DNA of 36,058 bases. It comes from a virus (lineage: Duplodnaviria > Caudoviricetes). The notes under the pieces are model-generated. The model was given only the letters and a program-made list of their open reading frames with translations. It searched no databases and had not been told where the DNA came from. The stretch is taken from the IMG/VR virus record IMGVR_UViG_3300026825_000020, positions 1 to 36,058 of that record; one strand, 5' to 3'. Of this stretch, positions 24,605-33,495 are shown piece by piece (within the stretch, counting starts at the first letter, position 1; the number at the start of each line of letters is the position of its first letter). The translations under genes and the position numbers were made by a program.

Positions 24605-25537
24605 ATGCCCGTCTTCTGGAAGAACAAGATCGTCCTCTTCAAGCTCGAGACCGCCTACGGCGTCGACCCTGTGCCCTCGGCTGCAACGGACGCGCTGCTC
24701 GTCGTCGACGTCGAGCTGACGCCGATGGAGGGCGAGGATGTCGGGCGCAACCTCGACCTGCCCTGGTTCGGCAACCAGGGCACCATCGCGGCAGCGCTGC
24801 ACGCGCGCCTGAGCTTCAAGGTCGAGCTTGCGCCCTCGGGCACCCCCGGCACGCCGCCGGCCTGGGGGCCGCTGCTCAGGGCCTGCGGACTGGCCCAGAC
24901 GATCAACGCCGGCACCTCGGTGGTCTACAACCCGGTGACCGACGGGATCGAGAGCGGGCACTTCCTGCTCTGGGTCGGCGGCACGCGCTACCGGATCCCG
25001 GGGGCGCGCGGCACCGCGACCTTCCGGGTGCCTGCGCAGGGCATCCCCTACATCGAGTTCGAGTTCTGGGGCCTGTTCCAGCCCGCGGCCGAGGCCGCCC
25101 GCGTGACGCCGGTGCTCGGCGCGTTCCGCAAGCCGCGCGTCGGCTCGACCGCCAACACGCCGACCTTCACGGTGGGTGCCCAGCCCCTGGTGCTGCGGGA
25201 GTTCGCGCTCGACATGGGCAACGCGGTCGAGCCGCGGTTCCTGATCGGCGCGGAGGCGATCCTGATCACCGGCCGCGAGGCGACGGCCGAGGCGACGGTC
25301 GAGGCGGTGCCGGTGACCACGCTCAACCCCTACACGCTGGCCCGCGACTCGACGGACGTGGCGATCCAGCTCGTCCACGGCACGGGCGCCGGCAACATCG
25401 CGACCTTCGCCATGCCGGCCGCACAGCTCCAGCGCCCGGCCGGACTCGAGAACAGCCAGAACATCGCCGAGTGGCCGCTGAAGTTCAACGTCGCGGCCGT
25501 GAGCGGGAACGACGACTTCACCCTGACGCTGACCTGA
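24605..25537 (+). CDS. Major tail tube protein
   Basis: K.E..YGVDP, LLRACGLA, GARG; no sheath gene; AAGGAGG upstream. Confidence 0.85.
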   Translation: MPVFWKNKIVLFKLETAYGVDPVPSAATDALLVVDVELTPMEGEDVGRNLDLPWFGNQGTIAAALHARLSFKVELAPSGTPGTPPAWGPLLRACGLAQTINAGTSVVYNPVTDGIESGHFLLWVGGTRYRIPGARGTATFRVPAQGIPYIEFEFWGLFQPAAEAARVTPVLGAFRKPRVGSTANTPTFTVGAQPLVLREFALDMGNAVEPRFLIGAEAILITGREATAEATVEAVPVTTLNPYTLARDSTDVAIQLVHGTGAGNIATFAMPAAQLQRPAGLENSQNIAEWPLKFNVAAVSGNDDFTLTLT

Positions 25538-25550
25538 CCGGGAGACCGCC

Positions 25551-25871
25551 ATGCTGCGCATCGTCAACGATCCCCGCTTCACCCATCCGGTCGCCGTCCA
25601 GGTGCCGGTCGACGGCGGCCACCAGGAACAGACCTTCAGCGCGACGTTCCGCGTGATCCGGTACGCCGAGGCCGAGGAGCTGGTCCGCGCGGACATCGAG
25701 GCGTTCTTCGACCGCGTCCTCGTCTCCTGCGCGGACATCGAGGACGAGAACGGCAACCCGCTGCCCTGGGACGGGGAGCTGCGCGACCGGCTGCTCGCCC
25801 TGCGCTACGTGCAGCTCGGGCTCGTCGCCGCGTACTTCGCGGGCGTCGGCAAGGCCCGCCTGGGAAACTGA
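25551..25871 (+). CDS. Tail assembly chaperone (gpG-like)
   Basis: Between tube and tape measure; ends ...RLGN at slippery G GGA AAC TGA. Confidence 0.85.
   Translation: MLRIVNDPRFTHPVAVQVPVDGGHQEQTFSATFRVIRYAEAEELVRADIEAFFDRVLVSCADIEDENGNPLPWDGELRDRLLALRYVQLGLVAAYFAGVGKARLGN
25862..25868 (+). other. Programmed -1 frameshift heptamer GGGAAAC
   Basis: X XXY YYZ in the correct phase before the stop; -1 frame is open to 26224. Confidence 0.85.
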
Positions 25872-26224
25872 GATGGGCGGCCCGCGCCTGGATCGAGGGC
25901 CGGCTGTCGGGCGCCCCTCGCCGGGACGAGGCCGAGGATGACGCCCGCCGCTTCGGGATCGACCTCGGAGACGCACTGCTGCCCGGCGAAGACGAGGGCG
26001 TCTGGCCCGAGAACCTCGCCGCGGTGGAGGCCTTCCTGGCGGTCTCCACGCAATGGCGATGGCTCGCCGGCGGGCTCGGCGGGGCGGTGCGCACCGGGCT
26101 CGACTACGCCGGTGTGGTGGCCGGTCTGGCGCTGGCGGGGATCGAGATGACCCCCGAGCTCTGGGCCGACGTGCAGACCATGGAAATCGCCGCGCGCGAC
26201 GCGGCAAACGGTGAGGGCCGATGA
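25868..26224 (+). CDS. Frameshift extension of tail chaperone (gpGT-like, DUF1799)
   Basis: -1 frame reads LRWAARAW...VWPENLAAVEAFLAVSTQWR...GLDYAGV. Confidence 0.8.
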   Translation: MRWAARAWIEGRLSGAPRRDEAEDDARRFGIDLGDALLPGEDEGVWPENLAAVEAFLAVSTQWRWLAGGLGGAVRTGLDYAGVVAGLALAGIEMTPELWADVQTMEIAARDAANGEGR

Positions 26225-28269
26225 CCCTGCGCTTCGCCTACGTGATCGACGCCAACGCCTCGGGCGCGAAGCGCGAGACGGCGGCCGCGGCTCAGGCGAC
26301 CGATCGGCTGAAAGCCTCGGTGACAGGCGCCGCAGGGGCGAGCCGGCAGGCGGAGGCAGCGACCCGGCAGCTCTCGGTCGCGCAGGGCCGCGCTGCGGCG
26401 GCAGCGCGGGATCTCGACCGGGCGATGGATGCTGCGGCCGGCCAGACCGGCAACCTCGCCGCGCAGTTCAACGACATCGGCGTGCAGCTCGCCTCCGGCT
26501 CCAGCCCGTTCCTGGTGGCAATCCAGCAGGGCACGCAGATCACGCAGGTGCTGGGCAACGCCGGCGCCGGCGGCGCGGTCCGCGCGCTCGGCGGAGCCTT
26601 CCTGAGCCTCCTCAACCCGGTGAGCCTCGCCACGATCGCGGTCATCTCGCTCGGCGGGGCGGTGGTGCAGTGGATGGCCTCGGGAGAGACGGCGACGCGG
26701 AGCTTCGCCGATGCGGTCGACGAGCTGAAGCAGAGCGTCGGCGAGGTGCGCGACGTCCAGTCGAACTACTCGACCGAGGGCATCGAGCGGCTGATCGCGA
26801 AGTACGGGGAGCTCAATTCGGAGGTCCTGCTGCTGATCGAGCGGCAGCGCCAGCTGGCCGTCGACGATGCGATGCGCCGCGCCCAGGACGCGGTGAGGGC
26901 GCTGAGCGCCGAGTTCGACGGCCTCGCCTCCAATCGCTTCGACAATATCGCCGACCTGCTGGGAGTCCGAGGGACGATCGTCGAGATCGACGAGCTGGGC
27001 AACAAGTTCCGCACGATCAATCCCGCGGTACGCGAGTTCGAGGCCGCGATGGCGGCGGTGTCGTCCGCCGGCACCTTCGAGCAGCAGGCGGACGCGATCT
27101 CCACCCTGATCGGCCTGCTTGAGGGCACCGCAGCGCAGGGCGGTGAGGTCTACCGCTCGCTTCTGGAGGCGGAAGCGGCAGCCCGCCAGCTGGCGGCATC
27201 CGCCCCCGATGCCTCCTGGATGAACGCCGCAATCTCCGGCGTGAACGCGCTGATCGGGCGCATCGGCTCTGCGATCCAGGCCACGCTGCGCCTGAGATCC
27301 CAGGCGGCGGCCGCTGCAGCCGCATCCGTCGATCCCACCGGCAACCTCGCGGCCCAGTATGCGCTTTACGGTCAGGGCCGCGTTGCGGGCGAAAGGCTGG
27401 CCCGAGAGAGCGGCGCTCTCTTCGGCGGAACCAGGGTCATCCCTCTGCCGCGGGGTGGCGGTGGCGGCGGTGGTGGAGGCGGTGGAGGCGGCGGCGGTGC
27501 GGCCGCCCGGGCGGAGGCCGATGCCGTCGAGCGCCTCGTCGAGCGGCTTCGGGGCGAGATCGACCTCTTGCGCGAAAGCGATCCGGTCAAGAAGGAGATG
27601 CTGCGCTACCGCGAGCAGCTCGCAACCGCGACCGAAGCCGAGCGCGCGAAGGTCGAGGAGCTGATCGCCGCCCGCCAGAAGGAGGAACAGCAGGTCCGGC
27701 AGATGCGCGAGCTGTCGGACTTCCTCAACCAGACGACCGCCTCGGCGATCGAAGACCTGATCGTGAAGGGCGAGAGCCTCGAGAAGGTGCTCAAGAACAT
27801 CATCTCGGCCCTGGCCCGCGCCGCCATCCAGGCCGCGATCTTCGGCTCCGGCCCGCTCGGCGGACTGTTCGGCGGCAAGCCGCTGTTCAACTTCGGCGGC
27901 AGGTTCGCGAGCGGCGGCCTGATCCGCGGACCCGGCTCCGACACCTCCGACAACATCGTGGCGCTGACGAGTCCCGGCGAATACGTCGTGAATGCCGCTG
28001 CGACGCGGCGCAACCTCGCACTCCTGGAGGCGATCAACTCCGGCAGGACGGTACCGCGCTTCGCCCGCGGCGGCCTCGTCGGCGCCGCGCCGCGCGCGCA
28101 GGCCGGCGGGCCGGTGCAGCTGACGGTCGTGGTGAACGGCGCCCGCGGCGACGCCGAGATCCGGGCGATGGCCCGCGAGGGCGCCGTGGAGGCGCTCAGG
28201 GAGTACGACCGGGCGGTGCTGCCGCAGTCGGTCAAGCGCATTTCCGGCGATCAGCGGAGGATCGGCTGA
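26221..28269 (+). CDS. Tail tape measure protein
   Basis: Ala-rich helical; AQFNDIGVQLASGSSPFLVAIQQGTQI; C-terminal FASGG.I.GPG..TSD.I...S.GEYVVNA. Confidence 0.92.
   Translation: MTLRFAYVIDANASGAKRETAAAAQATDRLKASVTGAAGASRQAEAATRQLSVAQGRAAAAARDLDRAMDAAAGQTGNLAAQFNDIGVQLASGSSPFLVAIQQGTQITQVLGNAGAGGAVRALGGAFLSLLNPVSLATIAVISLGGAVVQWMASGETATRSFADAVDELKQSVGEVRDVQSNYSTEGIERLIAKYGELNSEVLLLIERQRQLAVDDAMRRAQDAVRALSAEFDGLASNRFDNIADLLGVRGTIVEIDELGNKFRTINPAVREFEAAMAAVSSAGTFEQQADAISTLIGLLEGTAAQGGEVYRSLLEAEAAARQLAASAPDASWMNAAISGVNALIGRIGSAIQATLRLRSQAAAAAAASVDPTGNLAAQYALYGQGRVAGERLARESGALFGGTRVIPLPRGGGGGGGGGGGGGGGAAARAEADAVERLVERLRGEIDLLRESDPVKKEMLRYREQLATATEAERAKVEELIAARQKEEQQVRQMRELSDFLNQTTASAIEDLIVKGESLEKVLKNIISALARAAIQAAIFGSGPLGGLFGGKPLFNFGGRFASGGLIRGPGSDTSDNIVALTSPGEYVVNAAATRRNLALLEAINSGRTVPRFARGGLVGAAPRAQAGGPVQLTVVVNGARGDAEIRAMAREGAVEALREYDRAVLPQSVKRISGDQRRIG
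27454..27498 (+). repeat. (GGN)15 poly-glycine tract in the tape measure gene
   Basis: 15 consecutive Gly codons (GGT/GGC/GGA mixed). Confidence 0.85.
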
Positions 28270-28931
28270 TGCCACTCTCCTATCCGCTGTCCCGCGAGGT
28301 CTTCTTCGACGCCCTGCCGGCGGCTTCCGTGACCTTCGACCTCGGCGAGAACGTCGATCTGGCGGCCACGCGCGGCGGCGAGCAGCTCGCCGCAGAGGCC
28401 GGCGAGCGTCTCTGGCAGGGCGAGGTTGCGCTGGGACGGCTCCTGCGTGCCGAGACCGGCCGGCCGGAGGTGCTGGTCGATCTGATCCGCCAGCCCGGGC
28501 GCTCCTTCATGGCCTACGACCGCCGCCGGCCCGCGCCGCTGGCCGACCCGGCGGGCGCGGTCCTCGGCGCATCGACGCCCACCATCCTGGCGCTGAACGG
28601 CTCCGATGCCCGCGAGATGCGGCTCGCCGGCCTGCCGTCAGGATATGTCCTGTCGGCGGGGGACTATCTCAGCTTCGCCTACGGCAGTTCGCCCGTCCGG
28701 CAGGCGCTGCACAGGGTCGTCGATCCGTCGGTCGCGGCGAACGGATCGGGCCAGACCCCGTTCTTCGAGGTGATCCCCGCGATCCGGCCCGGCGCCACGG
28801 CGGGAACGGCCGTCCAGCTGCTGCGGGCCTGGTGCAAGGCGGTCGTCGTGTTCGGATCGGTGACGCCGATGCGGGGAACCCACACCGTCTACGACGGCCT
28901 CGCCTTCCGCTTCGTCCAGACCCTGAGGTAG
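28269..28931 (+). CDS. Distal tail (Dit)-like protein
   Basis: First gene after the tape measure; 220 aa, beta-rich. Confidence 0.7.
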   Translation: MPLSYPLSREVFFDALPAASVTFDLGENVDLAATRGGEQLAAEAGERLWQGEVALGRLLRAETGRPEVLVDLIRQPGRSFMAYDRRRPAPLADPAGAVLGASTPTILALNGSDAREMRLAGLPSGYVLSAGDYLSFAYGSSPVRQALHRVVDPSVAANGSGQTPFFEVIPAIRPGATAGTAVQLLRAWCKAVVVFGSVTPMRGTHTVYDGLAFRFVQTLR

Positions 28932-28933
28932 CG

Positions 28934-29539
28934 ATGCGCGCGCTCGGCCCGAACACGCTTGCCCATCTCCAGTCCCGCGGGGGGCTCGCGGCCTACGCGC
29001 TCGTCTGGGTCGAGGCGCGCAACCGCACGAGCGGCCTCGTCGAGACGCTCGGGCTCTGGACCGGAGCGCAGGACCGGACGTTCACGATCGCCGGGCAGCC
29101 GCGCGCCTACGTCGGCGCGGGCGGGCTCGCCGGGGTGCCGCCGATCACGATGCAGGTCGGGCTGGCGGTCCGGATGCAGCAGCTGCGGCTCGCGCCCGTG
29201 ACGGCGGAGGTCGTCCAGCTGATCCGGGGATACGACGCGCGCCACGCGCCGGTCGAGGTTCACGTCGCCTTCTTCGAGCCGCGCACGCGCGCACTGATCG
29301 AGGAGCCGACCCGCGTCTTCAAGGGCTACATCGACGCGATCAACATCTCCGAGGGCGTCTCGGGTGGCGAGAGCGCCTGCGAGGTGACGGTGGCGAGCTC
29401 GGCCCGCGCGCTGACCCGCACGCTGCCGCTCAGGCGGTCGGACGAGGTGCAGAAGCGCAAGGGCGGCGACCGATTCCGGAAGTACGCCGACATCTCCGGG
29501 TCGGTCGACGTCTGGTGGGGCCAGAGGAGGCGGACATGA
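28934..29539 (+). CDS. Tail tip / hub protein
   Basis: GAGG upstream; F.GYID, RRSDE.Q....GDRF...WWG pattern. Confidence 0.7.
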   Translation: MRALGPNTLAHLQSRGGLAAYALVWVEARNRTSGLVETLGLWTGAQDRTFTIAGQPRAYVGAGGLAGVPPITMQVGLAVRMQQLRLAPVTAEVVQLIRGYDARHAPVEVHVAFFEPRTRALIEEPTRVFKGYIDAINISEGVSGGESACEVTVASSARALTRTLPLRRSDEVQKRKGGDRFRKYADISGSVDVWWGQRRRT

Positions 29540-29955
29540 GGTTCACCGCACGCCGCGCACCCGACTGGCGCCGCAAGCTCGAGCTCTACGTCGCGGCGGC
29601 CGCCGCGCGGCGCTTCGACTTCGGCGAGCACGACTGCGCGATGTTCGCGGCCGGCGCCGTCGCCGCCATGACCGGAGCCGACCCGGCCGCCCTTTACAGG
29701 GGCCGTTACGGCACCCTGAACGAGGGTCTCGCGCTGCTGCGCGCCGACGGCTTCGGGGACCACCTCGAAATGGCCGACAGCCTCTTCGAGGAGATTTCCG
29801 TCGCGCAGGCGCGGCCCGGCGACCTTGCGGCCGTCGCGACCGGGGAGGGCGATGCGCTCGGGATCGTCCAGGGCGAGCATGTCTATCTGGTGGGGCCAGG
29901 CGGCCTTCGGCTCGTCCCTCTGACCGAGGCCGCGCGCGCCTGGAGGGTGGGCTGA
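29536..29955 (+). CDS. NlpC/P60-like tail tip protein (DUF6950-like)
   Basis: FDFGEHDCAMFAAGAVAAMTG, ARPGDLA. Confidence 0.8.
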   Translation: MRFTARRAPDWRRKLELYVAAAAARRFDFGEHDCAMFAAGAVAAMTGADPAALYRGRYGTLNEGLALLRADGFGDHLEMADSLFEEISVAQARPGDLAAVATGEGDALGIVQGEHVYLVGPGGLRLVPLTEAARAWRVG

Positions 29956-32366
29956 TGGCTGCCGTCGGCGCCGCGATCGGGGCCCTCTTCGGCGCCTTCG
30001 GGGCAAGTTCCGTCGGCGCCTTCCTGACATCGACCTTCGTCGGGCGGTTGCTCGTGTCGGTCGGCGCCTCGCTGCTGCTGCAGGCGCTGGCGCCGAAGCC
30101 GAAGATATCGGACCCCGGCATCCGCACGTCCACCACCCAGTCCGGCGGACAGACCTCCGAGGCCTTCATCCTGGGAACCTACGCGACAGGCGGGACGCTG
30201 ATCGCGCCCCCGATGAGCCACGGCACCGCCGGCCAGACGCCGAACGCCTATCTGACCTACGTGATCGAGCTGTCGTCCGTTCCCGGCTGCTCGCTCGAGG
30301 GTCTCATCATCGACGACGAGGCGGTGACGTTCGGCGGCACGCCGGATCCGTCCTTCGGGCTGCCCGTCGGCGGCCGCTATGCCGGCTTCGCCTGGGTGAA
30401 GTTCTACGACGGGACGCAGACCGCGGCGGACCCGATGCTGCTCGCGCGTTACGGCGGCTATCCGCTCCGGCCGTGGACCGCCGACATGGTGGGCACCGGA
30501 ACCTGCTATGCGATCATGACCTTCCGCTACAGCCGCGAGGTCTGGAGCGGACTGCCGCGGGTTCGCTTCGTGCTGGGCGGCATTCCGCTCTACGACCCGC
30601 GGCTCGACACGACCGTGGGCGGATCCGGTCCCCAGCGCTGGAACGACCGGACCACCTGGACGAGGTCGTCTAACCCGATGGTGCAGGCCTACAACCTGCT
30701 GCGCGGCGTGGCCCTTCCCGATGGCAGCGTCTATGGCGGCGGCTTCGCGGCGTCGGATCTGCCGCTCGCCCAGTGGTTCGCGGCCATGAACGAATGCGAC
30801 GCGGCCGTCGACGACGGCAACGGCGGCACCGAGGCGCAGTTCCGCACCGGGTTCGAGGTCCGCGTGGCCGAGGACGAGCCCGCCGATGTCCTGGCCGAGC
30901 TCCTCAAGGCGTCCGCCGCGCAGATCACCGACGTCGCGGGCGTCTGGAAGGTGCGGGTCGGGCCGCCCGGACTGCCGGTGCTGGCCTTCGCCGACAGCGA
31001 CGTGGTGGGCAGCGAACCGGAGGACTTCGCGCCGTTCCCGGGGCTCGACGCCACATACAACGCCGTTCACGCGAGCTATCCCGAGCCGTCCAGTCTCTGG
31101 GAAACCCGCGACGCCCCGCCGCGCTACAACGCCGCCTGGGAGATCGAGGACCAGGGCCGTCGCCTGGTGGCCGACCTCGCGCTGCCCGCCTGCCCCTACG
31201 GCGCGCAGGTCCAGCGCCTGATGCGTGCCTACATCCAGGACGAGCGGCGGTTCCGCCGGCACGGTCTGACGCTTCCGCCCGAGGCGATGGTGCTGGAGCC
31301 GCTCGACGCAGTGGCCTGGACGAGCGCGCGGAACGGCTATGCGGCGAAGATCTTCGAGGTGACGGAGATCACGGCCGACCTCGTCACCGGCCTGCAGCGC
31401 ATCGGTCTGCGCGAGCGCGACGCCGCCGATTTCAGCTACCCTCCCGGAACGATCCAGCCCTCCGCGCCGCCGCCGCCGGGCACGCCCGACCCGCCCGCCC
31501 AGGCGGTGCCGGGCTTCGCCGTCGCCGGCGCTTCGGTTCTGGACCAGTCCGGAACGGTGCGAGGTCCGGCGCTGCGGCTGAGCTGGTCGGCCCCGGAGGC
31601 CTCGGACGTGGAACAGCTGCGCTGGGAGGTGCGGCCCCTCGGCCAGGCCTTCGTCGTGAGCGGCACGACGGCGGTCGCCGCCGGCGAGGTGGTGGTCACG
31701 GAAGGGATCGTGCGCGCCGGCGCCTACGAGGCGCGCGCGCAGCTCATCGCCCCGCGCCCGACCGACTGGACGCCCTGGCTGCCGGCGACGGCGCCGAACG
31801 TCGGCGTGCTGGCCCTGTTCGGAGGCGATCTGCAGTCGACGAACTACGCCGCGGGCGTCCAGGGCTGGCGGATCGCCGAGAACGGCGACGCGGAGTTCAA
31901 CAACCTGGTGGCCCGCGGCTGGATCCAGGAAGGGGCGGTGACCGACAAGGAGCAGGTCGTCGTCCCCGGCCCGCTGCGACGTTCCGCCCTGCCGGACGGA
32001 ACGGTCTTCGCCTCGCTGAGCCTGACGAGCGAGATCGCGACCGGCGAGGTCACGCTTCTGGTGGTGTCGTTCGAGGCGCGACGCCCGACGTACCATGCAT
32101 CGCCGGACTGGACGATCCACTACGATTTCCGATACGCCCGCGCGGGCGGCGGGCTGGGCCCCTGGGTCCTGGACCCCAACCCTTGGGTGCCCCAGCACAT
32201 CACGGACAACGGATACGGGGCCTGGGATCTCTACGGGTTCACGGCCTTTCCCTACGGGCTGCAAACCGCCAACGAGTATCGCCTGCGCTCGGTCGGAGGC
32301 TTGTTCTCCGGCGATCCCGAGCTGATCCGGAACGTCACCATCACAAGGTTCAGGATCACGCGATGA
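29955..32366 (+). CDS. Central tail fibre / tip attachment protein (gpJ-like)
   Basis: 803 aa; LYDPRLD..GGSG.QR....TW..S.NP, AAMNECD, Fn3-like segment, QSTNY..G..GWRI..NG.AEFNN. Confidence 0.85.
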   Translation: MAAVGAAIGALFGAFGASSVGAFLTSTFVGRLLVSVGASLLLQALAPKPKISDPGIRTSTTQSGGQTSEAFILGTYATGGTLIAPPMSHGTAGQTPNAYLTYVIELSSVPGCSLEGLIIDDEAVTFGGTPDPSFGLPVGGRYAGFAWVKFYDGTQTAADPMLLARYGGYPLRPWTADMVGTGTCYAIMTFRYSREVWSGLPRVRFVLGGIPLYDPRLDTTVGGSGPQRWNDRTTWTRSSNPMVQAYNLLRGVALPDGSVYGGGFAASDLPLAQWFAAMNECDAAVDDGNGGTEAQFRTGFEVRVAEDEPADVLAELLKASAAQITDVAGVWKVRVGPPGLPVLAFADSDVVGSEPEDFAPFPGLDATYNAVHASYPEPSSLWETRDAPPRYNAAWEIEDQGRRLVADLALPACPYGAQVQRLMRAYIQDERRFRRHGLTLPPEAMVLEPLDAVAWTSARNGYAAKIFEVTEITADLVTGLQRIGLRERDAADFSYPPGTIQPSAPPPPGTPDPPAQAVPGFAVAGASVLDQSGTVRGPALRLSWSAPEASDVEQLRWEVRPLGQAFVVSGTTAVAAGEVVVTEGIVRAGAYEARAQLIAPRPTDWTPWLPATAPNVGVLALFGGDLQSTNYAAGVQGWRIAENGDAEFNNLVARGWIQEGAVTDKEQVVVPGPLRRSALPDGTVFASLSLTSEIATGEVTLLVVSFEARRPTYHASPDWTIHYDFRYARAGGGLGPWVLDPNPWVPQHITDNGYGAWDLYGFTAFPYGLQTANEYRLRSVGGLFSGDPELIRNVTITRFRITR

Positions 32367-33157
32367 CCCGCTGGGCGCTGATCGACGACGAGGGCTGCGT
32401 GGTTCGCGCAGGACAGGGTCCGGCCGCGCCGCCCGGGGCGCTGGTCCTGCCCGAGGGTGTGACGCTCGAGGGCATCATTCGGCAGCACTTCGACGGCGCG
32501 CGCTGGCGCCCGCGCCCGAAGCTGCCCGAGATCGAGCAGACGGCCTCGGGGCTGCGGGTATCCGGCCTGCCGGAAGGCGCACGCCTCGAACTGTTCGACG
32601 CCGCGACGGGCGAGGAGATTTCCGCCGGGTCGAAGGGCGGCCGGATCGAGCTGGACCTTGCCGATACCGGCGTCTGGAGCGCCACCCTGAGCGCGCCGAA
32701 ACCGTATCTGCCGCGCGAGCAGCTCGTCGTCAGGGGAGAAGGCCGGGCCGCGATCGAGACGATGAAGGCCGCCGCCGGAAGGGAGCGGGCCGTCGCGCAG
32801 GTGAACGAGGCGTCGGGACGGATCCGGCGCCGGTACGTCACCGACATTCCCGGCCAGGAGATGCTCTACCTCGAGAAGCGGTCCGAGGCGCTGCGGTATG
32901 CGGCCTTGCCGGAGGAACCGGACAGCCTCGAGGACTACCCGCTGATCGCTGCCGAGGTCGGGATCACGGCGCCGACCGCCTGGCAGGTCGCGCAGATCTG
33001 GCTGCACCAGTCGGCCTATCTCGTCTCGGTCGCCGCCGCACTCGAGTCGGCCCGGCTCGGCGCCATCGCGGCCATAGAATCCGCGCGCACGCCGGACGAG
33101 ATCGATGCAGCGCTGGAAGCGTTCCACGACCGGATTTCGAGGGGGATTGAACGGTGA
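32363..33157 (+). CDS. Tail-associated protein (fibre assembly-like)
   Basis: ATGA overlap; RRRYVTDIPGQEMLY.EK..EA...YPLIAAEVG...LESARL. Confidence 0.7.
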   Translation: MTRWALIDDEGCVVRAGQGPAAPPGALVLPEGVTLEGIIRQHFDGARWRPRPKLPEIEQTASGLRVSGLPEGARLELFDAATGEEISAGSKGGRIELDLADTGVWSATLSAPKPYLPREQLVVRGEGRAAIETMKAAAGRERAVAQVNEASGRIRRRYVTDIPGQEMLYLEKRSEALRYAALPEEPDSLEDYPLIAAEVGITAPTAWQVAQIWLHQSAYLVSVAAALESARLGAIAAIESARTPDEIDAALEAFHDRISRGIER

Positions 33158-33495
33158 GTTCCGAAGTTCCGAGGCTCAAGCGGTCGCTCCGCTTCGTCGG
33201 GCGGATCAGCCTGACCCGCAGCGACGAGGCCGGCCCGCCGCAGACCGACTTCACCGGCTGGGCGATCGCGGGATCCCGCGTGCGCGGCCGCAATCGCGCG
33301 CTGGTCGCGACCGTGGCCTGCAGCTGGGTCGATGCCGCCCAGGGCAGGCTCGCCTTCGATGGCGGCGAGATGGCCTCCTGGCCTGTCGGCGTCCTCGAAC
33401 ACGACGTGATCCTGGTTGCGCCGGACGGACGGCGGCACGTCACGCCGACCGCGCGGTTCCTCGTCGAATGGGAGGTGACCCCATGGGCATCGTGA
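33154..33495 (+). CDS. Hypothetical tail protein (BppU N-terminal-like)
   Basis: GAGGGG upstream; DFTGW.I...V, WPVG....DV pattern. Confidence 0.6.
   Translation: MSSEVPRLKRSLRFVGRISLTRSDEAGPPQTDFTGWAIAGSRVRGRNRALVATVACSWVDAAQGRLAFDGGEMASWPVGVLEHDVILVAPDGRRHVTPTARFLVEWEVTPWAS

Noticed and set aside
3185-32264. Many long antisense and alternate-frame ORFs (e.g. 3185..5236, 17439..19991, 21615..23819, 26104..28275, 29883..32264 on the minus strand)
   Set aside because: Shadow ORFs expected in very GC-rich DNA; they mirror well-supported plus-strand genes and show no motifs.
31900-32366. Aromatic-rich C-terminus of the central fibre as a diversity-generating retroelement target
   Set aside because: No template repeat or reverse transcriptase seen in the window.
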